Shown here piece after piece: positions 19,913-30,547 of a stretch of 64,000 bases of DNA (positions are counted from its first letter, which is position 1; each line of letters opens with the position of its first letter). The position numbers and the translations under genes were made by a program. A model generated the notes under the pieces. That model had not been told where the DNA came from, searched no databases, and saw only the letters and a program-made list of their open reading frames with translations. Origin of the DNA: Planctomycetota bacterium (GTDB lineage Bacteria; Planctomycetota; Phycisphaerae; UBA1845; UTPLA1); contig JBBTET010000007.1 of assembly GCA_038042195.1 (NCBI GenBank), positions 1-64,000 on the forward strand, given 5' to 3'.

Positions 19913-21880
19913 ATGTTGGCAAACGCCCTGATGATCGTTGGCGGTGCCTTTGTTTTGTTCATCCTCTGGGGGTTGCGGTACATCCCCAACAAGAGCGTCG
20001 GCATCATTGAAAAGCGCTGGAGTCGGCACGGCTCGGTTCAGAGCGGCCTCATCGCCTTGCAACAGGAGGCGGGTTATCAGCCGGACGTGCTGCGCGGCGG
20101 CCTGCACTGGCTCATGCCGTTGCAATACAACATCCATCGTGTGCCGCTGGTGACAATCCCGCAAGGCCACATCGGTTACATCTTCGCGCGTGACGGCGTG
20201 GCGCTCGCCCCGACCCAGACGCTTGGATGCAATGTCAATGCGACCAGCTTCGAAAATGTCGGCGACTTCCTGCGTAACGGCGGCCAACGCGGCCCGCAGC
20301 GCAAGGTGCTGCGCGAAGGCACCTACGCCATCAACCTCGCCCAATTCGTGGTGATTACGTCGGAAGCCGTTTATTTCCTCCGGCTCAACCGAGAAGACGA
20401 CGTACTCTTCACGAAGATGGCGGAGTTGATCACGGAGCGCGACGGCTTCACGCCGGTCGTGATCGAGGGTGAACACGACGTCATCGGCATCGCCACGGTT
20501 CACGACGGCCCGGCCCTGGATGCGGGTGAGATCATCGCCCCGGTCGTCGGCGGCGACGTGTCACAAGCGGACACCTATCACAACAACTACCAGGATACCG
20601 AGAAGTTTCTCCTGGCCGGCGGTCGTCGCGGGCGGCAGTTACAGGTGCTGGTCGAAGGCACCTATTACCTGAATCGCCTCTTTGTGACGGTGGAAATTGT
20701 GGCCAAGACAGTCGTCGAGGTCGGCACCGTCGGCGTGGTCGTGTCCTACACCGGTGAGTTGGGGCGTGATCTTTCCGGAGAAGACTACAAGCACGGCGAA
20801 TTGGTGAAGATGGGCCAGCGCGGCGTCTGGAGCGAGCCGCTGCTCCCCGGCAAGTATGCGTTCAACACCTACGCGGGCAAGTTGATCCCCGTCCCAACGA
20901 CGAACTTCATCCTGAAGTGGATTCGCAATCAGAGCGGCCAACACAAGTTCGATGAAAACCTCAGCGAGGTCTCGCTCATCACGAAGGACGCCTTTGAGCC
21001 GTCGCTGCCGCTGTCCGTCGTGGTGCATATTGATTACAAACGCGCGCCGCTGGTCATTCAGCGATTCGGCGACGTGAAACGTCTCGTCGAGCAGACGCTG
21101 GACCCGATGGTGTCGGCGTATTTCAAGAACGTCGGCCAGACACGAACGTTGATCCAGCTTCTGCAAGATCGCGCCATGATCCAGAAAGTCTCCGGACAGG
21201 AGATGAAGGAGCGATTCGCGCATTACAATCTGGAACTGGAGGAAGTCTTGATCGGCACGCCGGCGTCACCGGCCGGTGATCAGAAGATCGAGAACATCCT
21301 CACCCAGCTTCGCACGCGCCAGATTGCCGAGGAGCAGATCGAGACATACTCGCGCCAGGAGAAGGCGGCCGTGAAGGAGCGCGAGCTTCGCGAGGCCGAG
21401 GCCAAGGCCCGCCAGCAGCAGGCCCTGACCGAGAGCGAGGTGTCCATCACCATCCAGAGCAACCAGGGCAAGGCCGACTATCAACGGTCGCTGCAAAAGG
21501 CCGCCGAGATTCGGGCGCTGGCCGAGGCGGAAGCCGAGAAGGCCGCCCGCATCGGTATCGGTCAGGCCATCGCCGTGGAAGAGCAGGTTCGCGCCTATGG
21601 CGGACCGCAGTATCAACTCACGCAAATGGTCATGCAGCGCTTTGCCGAGGCGATTCAAGAGTCGCGCGTCGATGTCGTGCCCAAGATCGTCATCGGCGGC
21701 TCGAACGGCGACGGTAAGGGCGGCCAGGGCGGCATCATGGAGGCCCTGCTCACGATGCTGCTCTCGGAGAAGATCGGCACCGGCGTCCTGAATACCACGA
21801 CGAAGCCGCCCAGCGCGGATGCCGAGCGGATTCGCAACAGCATCCGCGCGGGGATTCAACAGCCGAAGGCGGGAGCTTGA
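19913..21880 (+). CDS. flotillin-like SPFH/band-7 domain protein (YqiK-like)
   Basis: N-terminal TM helix, SPFH domain, long EA-rich coiled coil (ELREAEAKARQQQALTESE...AEAEAEKAARIG). RBS AGAAGGAG. Confidence 0.75.
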   Translation: MLANALMIVGGAFVLFILWGLRYIPNKSVGIIEKRWSRHGSVQSGLIALQQEAGYQPDVLRGGLHWLMPLQYNIHRVPLVTIPQGHIGYIFARDGVALAPTQTLGCNVNATSFENVGDFLRNGGQRGPQRKVLREGTYAINLAQFVVITSEAVYFLRLNREDDVLFTKMAELITERDGFTPVVIEGEHDVIGIATVHDGPALDAGEIIAPVVGGDVSQADTYHNNYQDTEKFLLAGGRRGRQLQVLVEGTYYLNRLFVTVEIVAKTVVEVGTVGVVVSYTGELGRDLSGEDYKHGELVKMGQRGVWSEPLLPGKYAFNTYAGKLIPVPTTNFILKWIRNQSGQHKFDENLSEVSLITKDAFEPSLPLSVVVHIDYKRAPLVIQRFGDVKRLVEQTLDPMVSAYFKNVGQTRTLIQLLQDRAMIQKVSGQEMKERFAHYNLELEEVLIGTPASPAGDQKIENILTQLRTRQIAEEQIETYSRQEKAAVKERELREAEAKARQQQALTESEVSITIQSNQGKADYQRSLQKAAEIRALAEAEAEKAARIGIGQAIAVEEQVRAYGGPQYQLTQMVMQRFAEAIQESRVDVVPKIVIGGSNGDGKGGQGGIMEALLTMLLSEKIGTGVLNTTTKPPSADAERIRNSIRAGIQQPKAGA

Positions 21881-21921
21881 CCCATATCGACGTGGCAAGT
21901 GACGGATTCGCGCAAAAAGGT

Positions 21922-21956
21922 CACGCACCGACGACTTGGTAGGTCGCCGGTGCGTG
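21922..21956. terminator. terminator between convergent flotillin and secreted-protein genes
   Basis: Stem CACGCACCG / CGGTGCGTG. The T5 tract on the minus strand follows the hairpin. Confidence 0.55.
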
Positions 21957-21985
21957 GGAGGAGAGAAAATGAAAGTCAAGTCGCG

Positions 21986-22966
21986 TTACGGATGTAACAG
22001 GCCGTTCACGAACAACTGCGTATCGCCGCCGTCCGCCATGCCGTCGTTGTTGAGATCGCCAACGAAGATATCGAAGAAGCTGCTGGTACCAACGCCATTT
22101 ATCACGTTAAGCGGCTGTTTGAAGTGCGGCATTCCCATTCCGACCAGAGTCACGGTGTATTGACCGTCGGGCAGATCCGCTTCGTCCAACGAGTACTCCC
22201 CGCCGCTATCCACGGTCAATGGTTGTCGATAGATCGGTGGAGATGTGTCGGGGGCGCCGATCGGCCTGATCTCAGCGAAGAATACGTGCGGTGCCAGGAT
22301 GACCGGCGGAATCACGATCACGCCGCCGAAGCAGGTCCTTCGCAGCACATACGACAGGTCGGTCTGTATCGGCTGTGGACAGTCATCGTTGATGGTGCAT
22401 GCCACCACGCCAGCCGCGTCGCGCTGCTGGGCTGGGCAGTTGTGAATGTCGCGGTATCCCGACCATCGGAAGTCCTCGCCCGCGGTGGCGCTGTTGGAGT
22501 TGTTCTCGGAAATCTGAAGCCAATACTTTGTGCCGCCCAACGCGACAAACGGCGCGGGAAGGCATGCGGTGAATCGATACACTGTGCGGCCGTTGCAATC
22601 TTGCCCAACAGCCGTGACGCTGGGCACCAGGCAGTACGGCGAGGGGGCCTGTATGACGGTCGGATTGCACGGGGCCGGACACGGACCGTTGCCACTGGAG
22701 TAAATCGCCACGTAGTAAGATCTATTGTTCAGCTGCGCGGGGTTGAAGACCACGCCCCACCAGCGAACCCAGCGAAGGGTAGTCGTCTGTGCGAATTGAA
22801 AGTCGTCCATGGCCACCCGATTGAGGGGCTGCGGAGCCGTACACGTTTGCACGCGAGACTCCACCGCCCCATTCGGAAACTGCCAGGGCTGATTCTGGGC
22901 GTTCGCCACAGCCGCGAAGGCCAGCAGCGATGTAAGCGTCAATGACAGGTTCTTCCCTCGACACAT
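21986..22966 (-). CDS. secreted protein with C-terminal dockerin-like Ca-binding repeat
   Basis: Signal peptide LTLTSLLAFAAVANA-QN. C-terminal GDLNNDGMADGGDTQLFVNGLL (DxNxDGxxDxxD dockerin/EF-hand-like loop). Confidence 0.55.
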   Translation of the reverse strand: MCRGKNLSLTLTSLLAFAAVANAQNQPWQFPNGAVESRVQTCTAPQPLNRVAMDDFQFAQTTTLRWVRWWGVVFNPAQLNNRSYYVAIYSSGNGPCPAPCNPTVIQAPSPYCLVPSVTAVGQDCNGRTVYRFTACLPAPFVALGGTKYWLQISENNSNSATAGEDFRWSGYRDIHNCPAQQRDAAGVVACTINDDCPQPIQTDLSYVLRRTCFGGVIVIPPVILAPHVFFAEIRPIGAPDTSPPIYRQPLTVDSGGEYSLDEADLPDGQYTVTLVGMGMPHFKQPLNVINGVGTSSFFDIFVGDLNNDGMADGGDTQLFVNGLLHP

Positions 22967-23179
22967 GATCAGACTCCTTGTGGTTATGGGGGGCGACGAA
23001 CCCTCGCGGCCCGCGCCGCAGGGCTTTCTCGCCGGTTTGTTTCGTAGGAGGCCCTTCGCGGCAACTCGAGCGGTAGTCGCACAGCGTCAGGCCCCGGAAC
23101 TAACGCGGAATTTGGTCCGGAGATGGCTCAAAAATAATAAAGTGGGGTTGAACAGGCCCGTGGGCGGCAGCAAAAACAA

Positions 23180-23213
23180 CCCGGCGCGAGTTGCGGTAGG
23201 GACTCGCGCCGGG
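23180..23213. terminator. terminator hairpin downstream of beta-helix gene
   Basis: 12-bp stem CCCGGCGCGAGT / ACTCGCGCCGGG. T-rich on the minus strand after the hairpin. Confidence 0.55.
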
Positions 23214-23243
23214 TCGGATGAACGTGACCGCGATGGCAGTCGA

Positions 23244-24326
23244 TCAGTACACGAAGTTCGACCAGGCATTGGCGACGGCGAATGCGCCGTTGCCGGCCAC
23301 GTTGATAACCGCGCCGACGGAATTGCCGACCGCGATATCGAAGGGAACCGTCCCTCCGAAAGAGCTGTTCCTGGTGATGATGTTTCCGGTGGAATCGACG
23401 TCGAAATTGCGGTCGTTGCCGGTGCAGTTGTTGGTGTCCACGCGCGTGCCGCCGCCGGGCGAACCCACGACATGGATGCCGGCGCCATCGCCGATCCCGG
23501 CGCCGTTGTTGGAGCTATTGTTGTTCAGCACCAGGCACTGTGCGTTGACTTCGATGCCGTCATTGATGTTCGCCCGCACCGTGCACTGGATCACGCTGCA
23601 TCCATCCGCGGCCTGAATGCCGTCAAGGGTGTTGGATTGGGCGACGCAGATGGTGACCATGCTTCCGATACCGGCGGCCAGCCCGTTTCCGCCGTTGGAG
23701 GACGTGACGCAATCCTCAATCTTGCAGCCGCTCCCGGTCATGATTCCATCACTGCCATTGTTGCAGCATTCGGCGTCTTTGCAGATGCATCGATCGCCGA
23801 TCACCAATCCTTTGTTCTGATTGTTGTTGGAGTTCATGTACAGCACCGTGGTATCTCCGTTGGTGCAGACGCCGTAGTCGCCGTTGTCCCGGGCGACGGC
23901 GTACATGATCGTGACCTTGTCGCCCGATTGCGTGTTGATTCCCCCACCGCCCCAGTTGCACACGATGCCGTTCGAAATGCGAATCTTGGCCCGCGATCCG
24001 GACACGTGAATGCCGTTGAGCGAACCCGGTATGCCCCGCAGCGTAAACCCGGACAGGTCCAGCGACACATCCGATGACGCAATAGCGATGCCGTGCTGGC
24101 CCGAGGTGCCCGTCAGATCCTTGGCCACATAATAGGAACCGGGCGATGAAATCGTGAACGGAAGCGATGTGATCGGCGTTCGCGGCTCGACCGTGGCAAG
24201 ATCCTTCATCGTGCCGGTGACCGGTCCGGCCGGTGGCGTCAGATTGCCGGCGTTGACCCAGACCACCATGGCGAGCACAAGGCCCGTCAGGAAGAAGACC
24301 TTTAGTTTTTTAGTGTCATGCTTCAT
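23244..24326 (-). CDS. secreted right-handed parallel beta-helix repeat protein (pectate-lyase-like fold)
   Basis: Signal peptide MKHDTKKLKVFFLTGLVLAMVVWVNA. Gly/Asn-rich tandem beta-helix repeats (NGxxxxG...). RBS GGAGGGAAAAACG-ATG. Start moved to 24326 inside track ORF 23244..24461. Confidence 0.6.
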   Translation of the reverse strand: MKHDTKKLKVFFLTGLVLAMVVWVNAGNLTPPAGPVTGTMKDLATVEPRTPITSLPFTISSPGSYYVAKDLTGTSGQHGIAIASSDVSLDLSGFTLRGIPGSLNGIHVSGSRAKIRISNGIVCNWGGGGINTQSGDKVTIMYAVARDNGDYGVCTNGDTTVLYMNSNNNQNKGLVIGDRCICKDAECCNNGSDGIMTGSGCKIEDCVTSSNGGNGLAAGIGSMVTICVAQSNTLDGIQAADGCSVIQCTVRANINDGIEVNAQCLVLNNNSSNNGAGIGDGAGIHVVGSPGGGTRVDTNNCTGNDRNFDVDSTGNIITRNSSFGGTVPFDIAVGNSVGAVINVAGNGAFAVANAWSNFVY

Positions 24327-24385
24327 CGTTTTTCCCTCCACGAACTCAGAATCGCGGCATTCAAGCCGCTCTGATGGGTGTTTTG

Positions 24386-26929
24386 CTATTCCTCGGATTC
24401 TTCCGAATCCTCTGAATCCGCCGCGTTTTGTTGTTGGACTGGTTTCTCGATGTCGCCGCATCGATGTCGGTGCTCCTTGAGTCGGAGGATTGTCTTTCGA
24501 CTCAGGTCATGATCGGGGCCGAGGCGAGCCTCCACAAACGAATACGCCGCGGAAAGCTGTCGTCCAGCCTCGTCGCAACGGCCAAGCCGGGAAAGACACT
24601 CTCCGTAGTTGCCGCGAAAAATCGCGAGGTCCACCGTGCCGCCCGGCCAGAGTTTCTCCGCTTGTGGAACAACGTTTGCAAGGATCGTCACGGCCTGCTC
24701 CATGTGGCCGCCCTTCATGAGACAATGAGCGAGGTTGTTCCCCGCCTTCAATGTCAACGGATCACCGGGGGGAAGGGCGCCGCGACATCCTTCGTATACT
24801 TGCTGAAATAGTTCGATGGCCTCGGTCAGCTTGCCTTCCGCATAGAGCACGCCCGCAAGATTGTTGGCCGCCTCCAGCGTGTCGGGATGATTCGGGCCGC
24901 GATCTCGGTGGCTCGTGCTGAGATTAACCGTTTGCCGGAGCATCTCCTCCGCTTCCTTGAATCGTCTGCGCTCGCTAAGCAGCTTTCCCAGGCTGTTCAT
25001 TGCACGCAAGGTGTGTTCATGATCCTCGCCCAATTCACTTCGATAGCCGGTCAGAGCCTCACGAAAATGGGCCTCCGCCTTATCCTTTTGGCCTAATCGT
25101 GATTCGACATAGCCCAGATTACGCATCGTGCCGAGAGTGTCCTGTGCAGAAGGCCCCCACACCCGGCCGCCGGTCTCGAGCGCCTCGACCAGGATCGTCT
25201 TTGCCTCCTCCCAACGCTCGAGCATCATCAGCGTAAACCCGACATTGCTCACGGATCTCAGCGTGTCACGATGATCTGGACCGAGCGCTTTTCTGCGGAT
25301 CGTCAAAACCTGTTGGTGCAGCGGGAGCGATTCATCGAAGCGGTGAAGTTCGTTGCAAATCTGGGCCATGTTCTCGCGCAACTCGGCCTCAACGAGAGGT
25401 CGCTCATCAAACGTTGGGATCCGTTGAATGCCGCCCTCAAGCAATGCATCCAACGTCACGCCGGCTTTTCGGCTGCGACGTGACCAGTCAACGCTAGGCA
25501 GATCGGGACGCCCGGATTCCTCCGGTCGGTAGAATTGCGTCCAGAATCCAGCGATTTGATGGGCGACGCGGGCATCTTTTCGCGCCTCAAGGGCTTGGAA
25601 ATTCGCCTTTGACGCCTGCCAGATAGCAACGGCGGTCCCCGTCAACAGTGATATCGCCGCGAAGGAGGCGGCCAACACGCCAACGCGGTGTCGACGCACG
25701 AACTTCGTCCCTCGATAGGACCACGAGCCTTTTCGCGCGGCAACGGGTTCCCCGTCGAGATGCCGGCGGATGTCCTCGGAGAACGCCGCCGCCGATTCAT
25801 AACGGCGATCCGGCTCCTTGCGAAGCGCGGTCAGGACAATCATGTCCAAATCACCTGCGAGGCGCCTGCGCAGACGGGTCGGCGCGCCCTCTCGTGTTCG
25901 GCTGACATCTTCAGGCTTGAGCGAACTCGTCGATCCGCCCTGAGCATCCGTCCGCCATACCCGAGAGACGGCCACGCTAGGACGGGGCGGCTCCGCATCG
26001 CAGATGAGACGCGCCAACTCGATCGGGCCGCCGCCATTGGCGTCATAGGGACGATGGCCGGTCAGAAGCTCATATAAGACGACACCAAGCGAATAGACAT
26101 CGCTTGCGGTCGTGACGTGGCGGCCGCGAATCTGCTCGGGGCTGGCGTAGGCCGGCGTCATTGGTTGAGCGCTGGTTTGCGTCATCCCTCCGGCGAGGGC
26201 GGAGGAATCCGAATCAAGCAGCTTGGCGATGCCGAAATCCAGCAGCTTCACGGTGCCCGCTTCATCGACCAGAATGTTGCCGGGCTTCAAATCGCGATGA
26301 ACGATCAAGCTTTGGTGGGCGTATTGCACCGCGGCGCACGAATCTCGAAACAGCCTGAGCCGCGCGGCAATGCTCAATCGCTTCTCATCGCAATACTGAT
26401 CGATCGGCAGGCCCTCGATGAACTCCATGACGAGATAGGGGATCCCCTCAGACGTTGCGCCACCATCGAACAATCGCGCGATATTGGGATGCTCCAGGTT
26501 TGCGAGGGCTTGTCGCTCCGCGCGAAATCGTCGAAGCAGTTCATCACGCTGACGGGAATCCGCGAACGGGTCGGGTCGGATGATCTTGATGGCAACGCGT
26601 TTGCGATACGCATCATCGGATCGGACCGCCTCATACACCGCCCCCATTCCACCCGAGGCGATCAGGCGGGTCACCCGATACGGCCCGATCGCCTCTCCCA
26701 CAGGCAACATGCCGACTCGCGACATCGGCATACCGCGCAGTTCGTTCATCGCCGGGGCTTCAATGAAGCTGGGGTCGTCCTCGTAGGCCTCGACGAAGGA
26801 CTCGACTTCCTTCCTCAGGAACGGGTCGGAGTCCGCCACTTCAGCCAGGTACGCGGCGCGGTCCGAGGGCGCCCGCATCAGGACGGATTCGAGAACCTGT
26901 TTTACTTGTCGCCATCGCTCGGGATTCAT
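24386..26929 (-). CDS. serine/threonine protein kinase with C-terminal TPR repeats
   Basis: Hanks kinase motifs (VAIKIIRPD, HRDLKPGNILV, DFGIAK, ASPEQ), a TM segment, then multiple TPR repeats. Confidence 0.8.
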   Translation of the reverse strand: MNPERWRQVKQVLESVLMRAPSDRAAYLAEVADSDPFLRKEVESFVEAYEDDPSFIEAPAMNELRGMPMSRVGMLPVGEAIGPYRVTRLIASGGMGAVYEAVRSDDAYRKRVAIKIIRPDPFADSRQRDELLRRFRAERQALANLEHPNIARLFDGGATSEGIPYLVMEFIEGLPIDQYCDEKRLSIAARLRLFRDSCAAVQYAHQSLIVHRDLKPGNILVDEAGTVKLLDFGIAKLLDSDSSALAGGMTQTSAQPMTPAYASPEQIRGRHVTTASDVYSLGVVLYELLTGHRPYDANGGGPIELARLICDAEPPRPSVAVSRVWRTDAQGGSTSSLKPEDVSRTREGAPTRLRRRLAGDLDMIVLTALRKEPDRRYESAAAFSEDIRRHLDGEPVAARKGSWSYRGTKFVRRHRVGVLAASFAAISLLTGTAVAIWQASKANFQALEARKDARVAHQIAGFWTQFYRPEESGRPDLPSVDWSRRSRKAGVTLDALLEGGIQRIPTFDERPLVEAELRENMAQICNELHRFDESLPLHQQVLTIRRKALGPDHRDTLRSVSNVGFTLMMLERWEEAKTILVEALETGGRVWGPSAQDTLGTMRNLGYVESRLGQKDKAEAHFREALTGYRSELGEDHEHTLRAMNSLGKLLSERRRFKEAEEMLRQTVNLSTSHRDRGPNHPDTLEAANNLAGVLYAEGKLTEAIELFQQVYEGCRGALPPGDPLTLKAGNNLAHCLMKGGHMEQAVTILANVVPQAEKLWPGGTVDLAIFRGNYGECLSRLGRCDEAGRQLSAAYSFVEARLGPDHDLSRKTILRLKEHRHRCGDIEKPVQQQNAADSEDSEESEE

Positions 26930-26976
26930 TGCCGCTCATTCCCAGACTGAACGCGGAAAATCGACCCCCGATGGGA

Positions 26977-27636
26977 TCATGATTCGCTGCACGGTCCGTT
27001 CATTTCACGCTTCAGCCATGCCTTGGCCGAGGCCCATTCCCGCTTTACTGTGGCCGTGGATATCTCCAGAAGGGCGGCCGTTTCCTCCACGCCCAGCCCC
27101 CCGAAAAAACGCAATTCAACGATCCGCGCCTGTCGCGGATCCAGCGCGGCCAGGCGCGTCAGTGCATCGTCCAACGCGGGAATATCCGTATCGGGCGATT
27201 CGTCCTGGACGACCTCCACGGTTTCCAAGGCAACCCGGCCATACCCAGCGCCCCGTTTCTGCGCGACCCGGGCGCGGGCATAATCCACGAGGATGCGGCG
27301 CATGGCCGTCGACGCCACCGCGATAAAATGCGACCGCCCCTGCCATTGCACGTCATCCTGCTTGACCAGCCGCAAAAATGCCTCATGGATCAGGGCCGTG
27401 GGTTGGAGCGTATGGTGACGTCGTTCATTGCAAAGGACACGCTCGGCCAATTCGTGTAACTCGCGATAAACCAGGGGCAGCAATTGGTCCACGGCGTCAC
27501 GATTGCCGGAGCGGACCCGCTCCAGCAAGGCAGTCACTTCGTTTGATGAGGTAGTGGACATCGACCGGCTCAGTCGGCTGCGGAATCCGTGCAACCGATT
27601 CAGAAACTCGTATTGTCCCGCGAGCGGTGGCCGCAA
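26977..27636 (-). CDS. ECF-family RNA polymerase sigma factor (planctomycete-type, kinase-associated)
   Basis: Sigma-70 region 2 and 4 motifs (ALIHEAFLRL, ...RIVELRFFGGLGVEETAALLEISTATVKREW). Alternative start at 27561. Confidence 0.75.
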   Translation of the reverse strand: MRPPLAGQYEFLNRLHGFRSRLSRSMSTTSSNEVTALLERVRSGNRDAVDQLLPLVYRELHELAERVLCNERRHHTLQPTALIHEAFLRLVKQDDVQWQGRSHFIAVASTAMRRILVDYARARVAQKRGAGYGRVALETVEVVQDESPDTDIPALDDALTRLAALDPRQARIVELRFFGGLGVEETAALLEISTATVKREWASAKAWLKREMNGPCSES

Positions 27637-27954
27637 TCAAGGTCTGAGCCGCTTTTCCAGCGGTTTTTCTACACTAAACTTGGGCGAGATCGCCACATAC
27701 GGCATCCCCAGCCACTTCTTCACGAGGATAATCTCACCCACGTCGTTGCCCTCGATGCGGTGGCCGATCCATTGGAGCAGGTAACCAACGAAGATCAGGA
27801 TCGTCGGCCTCCACCAGAGATCCCACCGCCATTGAATGAGTTGCACGCCGCCGAGAATCAGGCCGCCGACCGCAAGCGGGATGCCGACCATGTGCAGCCA
27901 GAAAGACACCGGGTGCTGATGCCGTTCGAGCCAGTTCTTAATTGCGCTATGCAC
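27637..27954 (-). CDS. DUF962/Mpo1-like small membrane protein
   Basis: NWLERHQHPVSFWLHMVGIPLAVGGLILG pattern typical of the DUF962 family (by memory). Confidence 0.5.
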   Translation of the reverse strand: MHSAIKNWLERHQHPVSFWLHMVGIPLAVGGLILGGVQLIQWRWDLWWRPTILIFVGYLLQWIGHRIEGNDVGEIILVKKWLGMPYVAISPKFSVEKPLEKRLRP

Positions 27955-27984
27955 GGTTGCGGCCTTTCACAAACGCTCGATGGG

Positions 27985-28956
27985 TCATCGCTCGCGCACC
28001 AGCAGCGCTCGATCCACGCCGAGGCGGTCAACGTGTGCGGCGATGTCTCGCAGGAATCGATGCCCATCTTCATAATACCCAGCCGTCGCGCGAATCCCGG
28101 GCGCGTGCTCGCGCCAATAGGCATTGAAGCACGACATGAGCAGCTCGCGCAGATACTTGCTGAAGATGCTGGCCAACGCAGTCGGCAGATGATGTGATTC
28201 GCCCGACTGGCTGAAATGCACCTGCCACGTCGAGTCGCCGCGCACCATTTCATACGCGCTGCGGTCCGGCTCCTCTTCAAGAACACGCAACCGCCGATCC
28301 TCGAAGCTCTTGAGCAAAAGCGGGCCATAACGCTCCCGCGCCCCCTGCTTGTCGATGAAGAAATGTATCCGGTGCGTCGGATGCGCATCGGCCACGCGCT
28401 GCATCAATCGCAGCGTCAGTCCGAGCAGCACCGTCGCCTTGTTGTGCGTCGTGCGGACCAGCCGGTTGTAGTGCCCCTCGGGCAACACCTCCGACCACGC
28501 TCCCGCCACCTTTCCGTCCTGCGCCGCGACATCCTCGGCGAGCAGCCGCGCCGCGATGCGAATGCTGCCTTCATCGGCCTCCAACGGCAGTCGCGGGTCG
28601 GCGTCGCGATACCACGGATGTTGCCCGAGCAGGCCGACCGAGTCGGGGCAGAGCAGCGTGAGCAACGCCCGCAGCCCCGGCGGCATCCCGCGCCACGCCG
28701 TCGTCACCGCCAGCGCGGTCCGCTCCAGCCGCGCCAAGCCTTCCTTCGGCTTGTGCAGTTTCTTGCTATCGAGGATGGCGACACGCCCGCGCGTGACGGT
28801 CGCCTTGGCGGTCACGCTGTGGTGCAGCAGGCTCCACAGCGATTCATTCTCCAACTCGCGCGGCACATCAAACGCCGCCGCGCTGACCACCAGCGGCCCC
28901 AGCAACGGCCCATAGCCGGCTTCGTCGATGCCAACGAGGAGGGTGCGATCGGTCAT
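27985..28956 (-). CDS. divergent long-form RNase HII-like (RNase H2 family) protein
   Basis: LLVGIDEAGYGPLLGPLVVSAAAF and DSKKL motifs match the RNase HII catalytic N-terminus. About 120 aa longer than canonical RnhB. Start moved to 28956. Confidence 0.55.
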   Translation of the reverse strand: MTDRTLLVGIDEAGYGPLLGPLVVSAAAFDVPRELENESLWSLLHHSVTAKATVTRGRVAILDSKKLHKPKEGLARLERTALAVTTAWRGMPPGLRALLTLLCPDSVGLLGQHPWYRDADPRLPLEADEGSIRIAARLLAEDVAAQDGKVAGAWSEVLPEGHYNRLVRTTHNKATVLLGLTLRLMQRVADAHPTHRIHFFIDKQGARERYGPLLLKSFEDRRLRVLEEEPDRSAYEMVRGDSTWQVHFSQSGESHHLPTALASIFSKYLRELLMSCFNAYWREHAPGIRATAGYYEDGHRFLRDIAAHVDRLGVDRALLVRER

Positions 28957-29056
28957 AACGCTATATTGCATCAAGACAAACGAATTGGCGAGTGTGGTTT
29001 TATCGCTCGAAGATGGCGTCGCGATTCCCGAAGTGGAACCATCGAGCGTAAAAGGC

Positions 29057-30313
29057 CTACGGGCATCCGCCAATGATATTGAGTACTCCAAAACTCAGCG
29101 TTTTTGTGATTCCGTCGAGGGAGGCGATGGGAAAGGCAAAAAACGGAATGTCATGCAAATTGGTGATTCGGGGGCACAACGAGAGTACGGCCTCTTCGCG
29201 CGTTGGAAATATGTCGGTAAGCGGGACGAGAACGGCCGCCGTGGTGCAGTCGGGGCCGCCGCCCCAAAAATCGCAAAGCCGATACGGTTCAAGCTCCGAA
29301 CCAGCCTCCAGAACCTCAAGCTGCCCGCTGTATTCGATCAGTGGAAGGGCCACTTCGTACACGCGATAGCCCGTTTCTTCGATGCAGTCTTGATTCGGCG
29401 CGCAGCCGGGCGTCTCTAGTCGCATCAGTTTTGAACGTTGATCGAGTGAAAAGATGGTCTTTTGCCAGCCCCCGGATCCAACGGCGGCCAGGGAACCGCC
29501 CAGGTGCACAGTCGGCGATTTGTAGGTCTTGCAGGCGACAATAACATCGCCGTTGAGAGTCCCGACCTGATTCGTTTGACTGCCGGCGACCCCCGAGGTT
29601 GTTGTCGTGTTGAGAGGTCCAACGAAAGGCAACGTGCTGTACGTACTAGGCAAGTCAAGAACGTTCTCGCTGCCGGAGTCTATGAACACGTCGATGATTT
29701 GACCGGCCACGTTGATATTGATGGAAGGGACCGAATAAGTATTCTGTGGGCCAAGATCGCCGCCTTTGATCGGAATATTGCAGGTGCTTTGCGCGAGAGG
29801 CGTTGTTTCGACGCGAAGCGTCCGGCTCGGATAGTCAATCATCAGTGTGACATCATGAAAGACAGAAGCCCCGATGATTCCATCAATGGACCGCTCGGCG
29901 AAGAGCGGTATGTCGATGACCAGCGCAAAAAAAGATTTGAATTCCATGCTGCCCATGACCAGCGCGTCGATTTGCACGGTGGAGACTTTCTCGACGGTGC
30001 CGCCGACACCCTGAACCCCGAATACCAAAGGCGTCTTCGGCAGAAGATTCCCGATCTTGGATGAGACGGTCGTGACCGCCGCTCCGGTATCGACAATCAT
30101 GGCATAAGGCCCCTGGCCGTTGATGGTCGCCGAGACCACGAACAGACGGGTACGTGAGTCTTGTCCCGATACGCCCGACGCTCCGTCAGGAATCGTGATT
30201 GTGGCCGGGATCGGTGAAATTCCCGCCGGGCAACTCATACCGGTGCAGGCCAGGAGCGCCAGGAGGCAAAGCGTCCCAACCGCTGCGCCATTCATGTGAA
30301 AGTATCGAGTCAT
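29057..30313 (-). CDS. secreted retropepsin-like aspartic protease (two DTG/DSG lobes)
   Basis: Signal peptide. MIVDTGAAVTTVS and FIDSGSENV motifs. Lower-GC island gene. Confidence 0.6.
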   Translation of the reverse strand: MTRYFHMNGAAVGTLCLLALLACTGMSCPAGISPIPATITIPDGASGVSGQDSRTRLFVVSATINGQGPYAMIVDTGAAVTTVSSKIGNLLPKTPLVFGVQGVGGTVEKVSTVQIDALVMGSMEFKSFFALVIDIPLFAERSIDGIIGASVFHDVTLMIDYPSRTLRVETTPLAQSTCNIPIKGGDLGPQNTYSVPSININVAGQIIDVFIDSGSENVLDLPSTYSTLPFVGPLNTTTTSGVAGSQTNQVGTLNGDVIVACKTYKSPTVHLGGSLAAVGSGGWQKTIFSLDQRSKLMRLETPGCAPNQDCIEETGYRVYEVALPLIEYSGQLEVLEAGSELEPYRLCDFWGGGPDCTTAAVLVPLTDIFPTREEAVLSLCPRITNLHDIPFFAFPIASLDGITKTLSFGVLNIIGGCP

Positions 30314-30547
30314 GCGGCCCCTCCCCGAAGGTGCATCCAGCCAGTGACAAAATCGAGTTGATGATTATAACGGATGTGTTGAGTAACCCAACGAGCGGTG
30401 AGTGTCAGGGCGTAGATCGCGCCGGCCAACACGATCGTCGTCGCACCGGCGAGTCGGTCGGCCGAGTGCAACAGAGGCGTCGCCTGAGCAGTTTGACGCT
30501 CGCGAATCCAGTATCTATTGTCAGCCGATCAGTTGGAGTGAACGCCG

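Noticed and set aside
21936-22163. 75-aa + ORF with RBS GGGAGGAGAGAAA-ATG
   Set aside because: Overlaps the 3' end of the well-supported minus-strand secreted-protein gene and the terminator hairpin. No homology features.
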